From an uncultured Verrucomicrobiae bacterium (GTDB lineage Bacteria > Verrucomicrobiota > Verrucomicrobiia > Chthoniobacterales > JAFAMB01): a stretch of 64,000 bases of DNA. A program made the translations under genes and the position numbers. Every line of letters starts with the position of its first letter. Position 1 is the stretch's first letter. Under the pieces are notes generated by a model, which ran no database searches, had not been told where the DNA came from, and worked only from the letters and a program-made list of their open reading frames with translations. Location: NCBI GenBank assembly GCA_963813025.1, contig CAWEXO010000013.1, positions 160,001 through 224,000 on the forward strand, written 5' to 3'. Below are positions 57,079 through 64,000 of this stretch, in pieces.

Positions 57079-58062
57079 TCAAGGCGATCCAATTGCCCCT
57101 GAAGCTCCGCCTGCTCGACGGTTTTGCGGCGCGAATTCAGATTCCAGGGAAAGAACGGCCGCGCCGATCACGCCGGCGTCGTTGCCCAAGGTCGCGGGAA
57201 CAACCTCGAGATTTTCGCAAAACGGTCTGGCACACCGGGTTTTGATAGTTCGCCAGACCGGCTCGAACAGCACATCACCGGCGCCGGCCACCCCGCCGCC
57301 CAGCACGATCCGGTGTGGATTGATCAGCCAGATTGCGTTGATCAAACCCACGCCCAGCTTCAGCCCAATGTCGTTCCAGAGCTCGATGGCTAAAGGGTCG
57401 CCGGCGCGCGCCGCCTTTTCCAGTTCTAACGGGCTGGACTCTTCTTCGGACAAGTTTTTTCCCGCCGCCGCATAGATTTCCCTGGCCCTTTCCGAGATGC
57501 GCCAATGACCAATGTAGGCTTCGAGCGCTCCCTTGTTGCCGTAGACAAAATCTTTGCCTTGATAGTCGATCGATGTTTGTCCGATCTCGCCAGCTATCAG
57601 ATCCGCGCCGCGATGAAGCCGGCCGTTGAGGATAAGAGCCCCTCCAATACCGGTGCCGAGCGTAACACAAACAACGGTTGGCAGATTCTGGCCGGCCCCG
57701 AATTTCCATTCCGCGTAAGCCATGGCTTTAGCGTCGTTCTCGATATTGGCCGGCAGCCCGGTCGCGCTCATTATCTGTTCGCGAAGGGAAATGTTCTGCC
57801 AGCCTTTCACGTTGGTCAGATTCAGCACAATGCCCTTCTCTGGGTTCAAAATTCCGGGGAGGCCAAACCCCACGGCCGCGACCTCAGGATGGTCTGATCG
57901 CAGTCGAGTGATTTCCGTTACCATTTCGGCGACCATTGCCGCGACATCGCTGTCCTGGCGGGTCGGCAGCGTGTCGCCTCGCCGAATGATAATCCCATCA
58001 CGAACGACTCCCGTCTTGATGCTGGTACCGCCGAAATCCATTCCGATTGCCGTGGTGTTCAT
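57079..58062 (-). CDS. ROK-family sugar kinase (glucokinase-like)
   Basis: DFGGT, G.PG, ENDA..MA.AE, TLGTGIGG, AGEIG, G.LEAY, LGGG, AGVIGAA. Confidence 0.92.
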   Translation of the reverse strand: MNTTAIGMDFGGTSIKTGVVRDGIIIRRGDTLPTRQDSDVAAMVAEMVTEITRLRSDHPEVAAVGFGLPGILNPEKGIVLNLTNVKGWQNISLREQIMSATGLPANIENDAKAMAYAEWKFGAGQNLPTVVCVTLGTGIGGALILNGRLHRGADLIAGEIGQTSIDYQGKDFVYGNKGALEAYIGHWRISERAREIYAAAGKNLSEEESSPLELEKAARAGDPLAIELWNDIGLKLGVGLINAIWLINPHRIVLGGGVAGAGDVLFEPVWRTIKTRCARPFCENLEVVPATLGNDAGVIGAAVLSLESEFAPQNRRAGGASGAIGSP

Positions 58063-58793
58063 GCCGGGAAGTTCTGTTGCGCGATTAGTCTCAGTCCATG
58101 GAGAGTGAGGTCCGGATCAACAATTTGCAACTCCGGAAGTTTGGCCGCGATCAATGGGGCGTAGCTGCCCGTCGCGACGATCCGCGCTTTACCATCCAGC
58201 TTGGCCACGATCTCGGTAACGATCTGGCGGACGAGCCCTCGGTATCCGAAGATCGCGCCGGCCAGCATCGCGTGTTTAGTCGATTTACCAATCACGTCAA
58301 GGGGTTCTTCCAGATCGATCCTGGGTAGCAACGCGGTCCGCTGATAGAGGTATTCAGTCATAACACCCAGGCCGGGAGCGATTACCCCTCCGAGATAGTT
58401 TGCCTGCTGCGAAACGATGTCGAAAGTGACCGCGGTTCCGAAATCAACCACGATTGCGGGAGTGCCGTACAGTTTTGTCACCGCGACTGCATTGGCGAGG
58501 CGGTCGGCGCCGATGGTTGCCGGCTCAGGAAAGTCGATACCGATGCCGAGACGAATTTTTGGGGTGAGCTCCATCAGCGGTTGAGGGCAAAACTTCATCA
58601 CGATCGGAGTCTTTTTCGGGACAACCGACCCGAGCAGGACAGAGTCGAATGGCCAGCCTCGAATAGCGCGCTGCAATAAGCTGATAGAAAGCCGGCTGGT
58701 CGGGACGACCTTTTTTTTGAGTAAACTATCAGCATTCGCCAGCGCCAGCTTCGTCGACGTGTTATTCAGGTTGACCAGGAGAAACTGTTTCAT
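58059..58793 (-). CDS. coaX: Type III pantothenate kinase
   Basis: SVVP, IGADR..N, VDFGTA.TFD, GG.IAPG, TA.LP, LTL.GL. Confidence 0.94.
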   Translation of the reverse strand: MKQFLLVNLNNTSTKLALANADSLLKKKVVPTSRLSISLLQRAIRGWPFDSVLLGSVVPKKTPIVMKFCPQPLMELTPKIRLGIGIDFPEPATIGADRLANAVAVTKLYGTPAIVVDFGTAVTFDIVSQQANYLGGVIAPGLGVMTEYLYQRTALLPRIDLEEPLDVIGKSTKHAMLAGAIFGYRGLVRQIVTEIVAKLDGKARIVATGSYAPLIAAKLPELQIVDPDLTLHGLRLIAQQNFPA

Positions 58794-58869
58794 TTGGGAC
58801 AGGAGGACCCATGGGACCGATTCGAATTTTCGCGCTACCGCTTTGCCATCGATAACATTATCTTGACCG

Positions 58870-59859
58870 ATGCTCGAATTGTTCCAGCGGCCTCGCCGGT
58901 TAAGAGGTAACCCATCTCTGCGCGCTCTTGTTCGAGAAACCCGAATCCAGGTCGATCAACTTATCTATCCGCTGTTTATTTCCGAGACGGTTCGGGACCG
59001 GATGGAGATTCCGAGCATGCCGGGAGTGTTTCAATTATCACTGGAGGAGCTGCGGAAAGAAAGCCGGCAAATTCAGCGACTTGGTATCCCGGCGGTCCTG
59101 CTTTTTGGGATACCGGCGGTGAAAGACGAACTTGGGTCGCAAGCCTATGCGCCGAACGGTATCGTGCAACAGGCGGTTCGCGCGCTTCGACGAGAAGCGC
59201 CCAATCTCACGATTATTACCGACGTTTGTCTCTGCGAGTATATGTCGCATGGACACTGCGGTGTGGTGGAGAAAATCGGAGGCCAGTCTCGCATCGCGAA
59301 TGATGCGTCGGTGGAGCTGCTGGCGCGAACGGCGGTCAGTCACGCGGAAGCTGGCGCGACGGTCGTAGCCCCCAGCGACATGATGGATGGAAGGGTGCGC
59401 GCTATCCGGGCCGCGCTTGATGCGCGTGAGCTGCTCAATGTGCCCATCATGAGTTACGCTGCCAAATACAGCTCCGGCTTTTACGGACCGTTCCGCGAAG
59501 CGGCGCAAAGCGCGCCGCAGTTCGGTGACAGGAAGACCTACCAGATGGATCCGGCAAATGCGGCGGAAGCGCTGCGTGAAGTTGCGCTCGATTTAGACGA
59601 AGGGGCCGATCTCCTCATTGTAAAACCTGGTCTTTCCTATCTGGATATACTTTGGCGGATCAAAGAGAAGTTTCAGCGGCCGACCGCCATCTATAATGTT
59701 AGCGGTGAGTATGCCATGGTAAAAGCGGCCGCTGCTCAGCGCTGGTTGGACGAGAGAAATGTTGTGCTGGAGATGATGACTTCCTTTCGCCGAGCCGGAG
59801 CCGATCTGATTATTACCTATTGGGCCAAGGATCTCGCCGGTTGGCTGGCCAATACCTAA
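58870..59859 (+). CDS. hemB: Porphobilinogen synthase
   Basis: RPRRLR, DVCLCEY..HGHCG, APSDMMDGR, FYGPFREA, YQMDP, VKPG, VSGEY. Confidence 0.98.
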   Translation: MLELFQRPRRLRGNPSLRALVRETRIQVDQLIYPLFISETVRDRMEIPSMPGVFQLSLEELRKESRQIQRLGIPAVLLFGIPAVKDELGSQAYAPNGIVQQAVRALRREAPNLTIITDVCLCEYMSHGHCGVVEKIGGQSRIANDASVELLARTAVSHAEAGATVVAPSDMMDGRVRAIRAALDARELLNVPIMSYAAKYSSGFYGPFREAAQSAPQFGDRKTYQMDPANAAEALREVALDLDEGADLLIVKPGLSYLDILWRIKEKFQRPTAIYNVSGEYAMVKAAAAQRWLDERNVVLEMMTSFRRAGADLIITYWAKDLAGWLANT

Positions 59860-59901
59860 TTAGCGAGCAACTTCCTCAGCATGAGCGGGTTTTAACGCTG
59901 T

Positions 59902-60423
59902 ATGAAGGTGCACACTCTTCTCAAAACAATTCCAGCCCTCTTGCTGTCGCTCTCGATTTCCGGGACGGCGTTAGCCAAGAAAAAGGCATCCCCCTCCCCC
60001 TCACCAGCTGAGGCTATGGCTTCTCCCTCGCCGAGTCCGGCGGCGGCCGCCGCCGCGACCAGCCCTGCGAGGCGCGGAAGATCACCGGAAGCAACCGCTA
60101 AGAGTATGCTTACTCGACTGAAAAACCAGGTCGGCCTGACGGCTGATCAGGAAAACAAAGCCAGACCGATCGTTGAAAAATACGCCAGCGATCGGGCAGC
60201 TATTCGCGGTGACACTACCCTGGATTCGGCCGCAAAAAAGGCGAAGTTCGAAGCATTAAAGACCCAGTACGACAAGGACATCAACGCTATCCTGACGCCG
60301 GATCAGCAGAAAAAACTGGCGGGCGCGCAAGCCGCGAATCGAGAGCGGCTCCAGGCTGCTCGCGAGAAGCGGAAAGCCGCTGCGGCTGGCGTTGCGTCGC
60401 CGTCCCCAACACCAAAACATTAG
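59902..60423 (+). CDS. Exported Ala/Pro/Lys-rich helical protein (Spy/CpxP-like LTxxQ repeats)
   Basis: Signal peptide (ALA), SPSPSP repeats, LTADQ and LTPDQ motifs. Confidence 0.7.
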   Translation: MKVHTLLKTIPALLLSLSISGTALAKKKASPSPSPAEAMASPSPSPAAAAAATSPARRGRSPEATAKSMLTRLKNQVGLTADQENKARPIVEKYASDRAAIRGDTTLDSAAKKAKFEALKTQYDKDINAILTPDQQKKLAGAQAANRERLQAAREKRKAAAAGVASPSPTPKH

Positions 60424-60444
60424 CGATCTCACGTACTCGTGACG

Positions 60445-60480
60445 AAGCGCCGAGCTTAATCGCCCGGCGCTTTTTTTCTT
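60445..60480 (+). terminator. Rho-independent terminator
   Basis: AAGCGCCGAGC-ttaatc-GCCCGGCGCTT stem followed by a T-run. Confidence 0.8.
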
Positions 60481-60517
60481 CTCTTTACAGATTTCGGGCT
60501 GAGCTGATTACGGTCAA

Positions 60518-61492
60518 ATGCTCATGGCGCTAGCGATCCGTAAAGGCTTTGTTCTCGGGGCAGGGCTCGGCTGGCGGCTTCGTCCGCTGACATATCGTTT
60601 GCCAAAACCGTTATTGCCGATTTTCGGTAAGCCGATAATAACCTTTGCTTTGGATCACCTTCGAAGTATCGGAATCAGAGATCTGGCCATCAACACACAC
60701 CATCTCTCCAATTGTTTCGCCGAGTTTTTCTCTAGTGGCGCTTATGGCGATGCCTCGCTTCGGCTGGTGGAGGAAAAGCAATTGCTTGAAACGGGTGGCG
60801 CCATCGAGAACGTCGAAGGCTGGATTGGCAGCGAGCCCGTAATGGTCTACAGCGGCGACCTAGTGAGCGATCTGGCAATCGAGGACTTGGTGAGCAGCCA
60901 TTTCGCGGCGCAGAACGACGTCACGCTGGCTCTGCGGAATACCGGGCTGGCCTCGCCCATCGCTTTCGATCCAAGCCGGCAATTGGTGACGGACATCTTG
61001 GGAACTTTAGCTCGACCGGCCGCGGAAAATCTCGACTTTGCCAATGTGTCGATCTGGAGTCCGGCGATACTGGAGAGAATACCGGCTGGTCAGAAGGTCT
61101 CGCTGGCTCGAGTGCTTGTTTCGTGGATATCGCGCGGAGGCAAAGTGGGTGGAGTCGTACTCGACGAGCATCAGTGGTTCAACATCAGTTCGCGGTCCGA
61201 CTACTTTGCCGTCCATCGCCGGATCGAAGACCTTAAGTGGATCCCGAAGTATCTGGGGGCTGCGTGGCGCACCAGAATTGCCGGTGATGCGGTCATGGAG
61301 GAGGGGGCCGTGCTGGAAGGGGTGAGCTGGGTAGGACCAAATTCCCTGATCGGCCAGGAAGCTTGCCTGCGGGACTGCTTTGTCTGGTCCGATGCGGTTG
61401 TTGCTCCAAAGACGCGCTTGCTGCGTACTATCCTGGCCGGTTCCAGGGTCTGTGGTGAACCTCCCCCGGACCAGGATTTTGGTTTTGCCTAG
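60518..61492 (+). CDS. Sugar-1-phosphate nucleotidyltransferase (MurU-like) with a short C-terminal beta-helix-like segment
   Basis: LGAGLG.RLRPLT...PKPL, INTHHL, E..LLETGG.I.N. Confidence 0.85.
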   Translation: MLMALAIRKGFVLGAGLGWRLRPLTYRLPKPLLPIFGKPIITFALDHLRSIGIRDLAINTHHLSNCFAEFFSSGAYGDASLRLVEEKQLLETGGAIENVEGWIGSEPVMVYSGDLVSDLAIEDLVSSHFAAQNDVTLALRNTGLASPIAFDPSRQLVTDILGTLARPAAENLDFANVSIWSPAILERIPAGQKVSLARVLVSWISRGGKVGGVVLDEHQWFNISSRSDYFAVHRRIEDLKWIPKYLGAAWRTRIAGDAVMEEGAVLEGVSWVGPNSLIGQEACLRDCFVWSDAVVAPKTRLLRTILAGSRVCGEPPPDQDFGFA

Positions 61493-61609
61493 TGAAAGAT
61501 AGCGAGGCCGCGCCCCAGACCGACTAGTCTTTACCGGAAAAAGGTGGCGTGCAGATCTGGCGAACCCTTGTTTGGCGGCCTCGCTGTACACTGCCTTTCT
61601 TTGCACTTT

Positions 61610-62602
61610 ATGAGTATTGAGTCGCTTGTTCTCCGCACCAGGCAGCGTTTTCCACACTATCACCATGCCGAGCTCGACATCGTTCCGTTGGAGAGGGGGG
61701 GATCAGATCGCCGTTATTACCGCGTCCGTTTCAGTACAGAGTATTCTTTGATCCTGGTGAAGTACGATCCCGGCAAGCTCGAGAATGAGCGTTTTGTGGC
61801 GATTGCGAATTTCCTGGAAGGGATCGGGGTGAACGCTCCGTTCATCTATTATCAAGATTCCGTTGAAGGGCTCATCTGGATGCAGGATCTCGGCGAGGAG
61901 GATCTCTGGCACCATCGGACTGAGCCGTGGAATGTCCGTCGAGCGTTGTACCGATCCGCCATTGATCAAGTCGTGACCTTGCACAGAACCGAGCCGGCCT
62001 TTGCGAAAAATATAGGATTGTTGCCGGGCTTCGATGAAGCCCTGTACCGATGGGAGCAGCATTACGGAATCGAGAATTGCTTTGGACTCTATTTCGGGGT
62101 CTCCGCTGTCCAACGAGAAGAGCTCGCGGGACGGCCGGCTTTCCTGGGTCTGGCAAAATTTCTGGCGAAACAACCTGGCTGTCTGATCCATCGCGACTTT
62201 CAGTCGCAGAACATCATCATCTGGGACGAGCAGGCATACCTGATTGATTTTCAAGGTATTCGCCCCGGCTTAGCGGCCTACGATCTGGCTTCACTGCTCT
62301 ACGATCCATACGTGTCGCTCAGGGAAGAGGAGCGGATCGAACTTTTGGAGTACTACTGCGCAGTAAGCGAAACTAGAGTAAGCGGATCAGAGGTCCTGGA
62401 ACTGAGCAGACGGTGCGCGATCCAACGTCTGCTGCAAGCTCTGGGCGCCTATGGAGTCATAGGGTTGCAACGCGGCAAGGTCGAATTCCTGCGACATATC
62501 CAGCCCGCCTTGCGGATTCTGCATGAGGTTGCGTCTGCTCAAGATGACTTTAATTTCCTGGCAGAGTTTGTTGCTGGGTTACCTGCAAAATCGCTAGTTT
62601 AA
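61610..62602 (+). CDS. Aminoglycoside-phosphotransferase-fold kinase (AmgK-like anomeric sugar kinase)
   Basis: GGS.RRYYR, QDLG, HRDFQS.N, IDFQG.R.G...YDLASLL.DPY, QR..QALG.Y; adjacent to the MurU-like gene. Confidence 0.82.
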   Translation: MSIESLVLRTRQRFPHYHHAELDIVPLERGGSDRRYYRVRFSTEYSLILVKYDPGKLENERFVAIANFLEGIGVNAPFIYYQDSVEGLIWMQDLGEEDLWHHRTEPWNVRRALYRSAIDQVVTLHRTEPAFAKNIGLLPGFDEALYRWEQHYGIENCFGLYFGVSAVQREELAGRPAFLGLAKFLAKQPGCLIHRDFQSQNIIIWDEQAYLIDFQGIRPGLAAYDLASLLYDPYVSLREEERIELLEYYCAVSETRVSGSEVLELSRRCAIQRLLQALGAYGVIGLQRGKVEFLRHIQPALRILHEVASAQDDFNFLAEFVAGLPAKSLV

Positions 62603-62611
62603 GAAAACGCT

Positions 62612-64000
62612 ATGGATCGGATGCCGACCGCTCTCATCGAGAATATTGAACCCAGTGTGGATGGAGGCAGGTATCCCGTGAAGCGGGTTGTCGGACAGGA
62701 CATGGTGGTGTCGGCGGATGTTTTCAAGGAGGGCCATGACGAAATCTCCGCCGTCTTAAAGTGGCGCAAGGAAGGCCAGAAAATCTGGTTCGAAACCCGG
62801 ATGACCAAGGGCCAGAACGACCGTTGGCAAGGCGTCTGTCAGTTTCAGGAAAACGCGCGACACGAGTACACCATCGAAACGTGGACCGATCATTTTGCCA
62901 CTTGGCAAGCAGAGTTTACCAAGAAACATGATGCGGGAATTACCGATCTGAAGACTGAGATCGAAGAAGGAGCGCTGCTCGTCGAGCATGCCGCCCACCG
63001 CGCCACCCGGAAGGATGACCAGGAACACCTCGCTGAGTTTGCTCGCCGGCTTCGGAGCTCGGGCCTCGCCGAGATCGCCATTCTTTCGAAAGATCCGGAA
63101 TTAGCCGGCTTGATGGCCGCGTGGCCCGATCGGAGCCTCTCCTGCGAATATCTGCCGCCACTGAAGGTGATTTGTGACCGGCCGGCGGCATTGTTTGCTG
63201 CATGGTATGAATTTTTCACACGCTCGGCTGAAGGCAAAGCAGATTCCGGTTCGAAGTTTCGGGATACCCTCGGACGAATCGAGGACGCTCGGCGGATGGG
63301 CTTCGACGTTATCTATTTTCCGCCTATTCACCCGATCGGATTCACCAAGCGCAAGGGTAAAAACAATTCCGTAACAGCCGAACCCGGTGAGCCCGGCGTG
63401 CCATATGCCATTGGCAGCCAGTTTGGAGGTCATAAAGCGGTCGAGCCGGAGCTTGGTTCCCTTGAGGATTTCGACTGGCTGGTTCAGGAGATTCGCCGCC
63501 GTGGATTAGAGGTAGCCCTCGATTTCGCGATTAACTGTTCGCCGGATCATCCCTATGTCAAAGAGCATCCGGATTGGTTTTTTCATCGGCCTGATGGTTC
63601 GATCAAATACGCGGAGAACCCGCCGAAGAAATATGAAGATGTTTATCCGCTGAACTTTCATAATCCCGATTGGCGGAGTTTGTGGGAGGAAATGCGAGAC
63701 GTCATCTTGTTCTGGGCAGGGCACGGCGTCCGGATCTTTCGGGTGGATAACCCTCATACCAAGCCGGTCGCGTTCTGGGAATGGATGATCGAGGAAGTGC
63801 AACGGGTTTATCCTGATACCATCTTTCTCTCGGAGGCCTTCACTCGTCCGAAGATGATGAAAGTCCTGGCCAAAGCCGGGTTCACCCAGTCCTACACCTA
63901 TTTCACTTGGCGCAACACGAAATGGGAGCTCACGGAATATCTCACGGAGCTCACCCAGACTCCGATGAAGGAATACTTCCGGGCAAACTTTTTCACGAAT
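62612..64000 (+). CDS. glgE: Alpha-1,4-glucan:maltose-1-phosphate maltosyltransferase; runs off the window end
   Basis: My translation from ATG 62612: P.VDGGRYPVKR, ADVF.EGHD, WYEFF.RS, GFDVIYFPPIHPIG, ENPPKKYED.YP, FRVDNPHTKP, SEAFTRP. Missing from the ORF track because no stop lies in the window. Confidence 0.93.
   Translation, partial: MDRMPTALIENIEPSVDGGRYPVKRVVGQDMVVSADVFKEGHDEISAVLKWRKEGQKIWFETRMTKGQNDRWQGVCQFQENARHEYTIETWTDHFATWQAEFTKKHDAGITDLKTEIEEGALLVEHAAHRATRKDDQEHLAEFARRLRSSGLAEIAILSKDPELAGLMAAWPDRSLSCEYLPPLKVICDRPAALFAAWYEFFTRSAEGKADSGSKFRDTLGRIEDARRMGFDVIYFPPIHPIGFTKRKGKNNSVTAEPGEPGVPYAIGSQFGGHKAVEPELGSLEDFDWLVQEIRRRGLEVALDFAINCSPDHPYVKEHPDWFFHRPDGSIKYAENPPKKYEDVYPLNFHNPDWRSLWEEMRDVILFWAGHGVRIFRVDNPHTKPVAFWEWMIEEVQRVYPDTIFLSEAFTRPKMMKVLAKAGFTQSYTYFTWRNTKWELTEYLTELTQTPMKEYFRANFFTN

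Noticed and set aside
61610..62602. Aminoglycoside-resistance gene or canonical maltokinase
   Set aside because: The HRDF/DFQ/YDLASLL motifs and the adjacent nucleotidyltransferase fit AmgK-like kinases better.

Overview
A 64-kb, GC-rich bacterial chromosome segment dominated by housekeeping genes. Gene content and order suggest a soil Verrucomicrobiota (Chthoniobacterales-like) organism; this is inference, not verified. It carries dnaA-dnaN with a DnaA-box cluster upstream, tRNA-Leu(CAG), pckG, ndk, argA, sucAB, ada/alkA-ogt, prs-rplY-pth-rpsF-ssb, purH-pdxJ-acpS-scpA, hemL, hemB, coaX, hldD, a MurU/AmgK-like pair and the 5' part of glgE. I saw no transposase, integrase, prophage, CRISPR array or defence genes. 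Three genes are broken: a UbiD-family gene with five +1 insertions (probably consensus errors), an ECF sigma gene with a frameshift, and an mntH remnant. The most unusual material is non-coding. A CTAG-bounded element (two full copies and one half copy) always starts on a gene's TAG stop and is built from two inverted modules with a shared core but different self-complementary stems. Three ~222-bp hairpin units lie in tandem between dnaN and tRNA-Leu, and several smaller REP-like families are scattered through the intergenic regions. Also notable: an MGDG-synthase-like GT28 gene tightly linked to a GH1 gene, a probable Rrf2 operator pair, and a shared ECF-type promoter motif upstream of both YCII/DGPF genes. 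All calls come from reading the sequence; no database searches were run.
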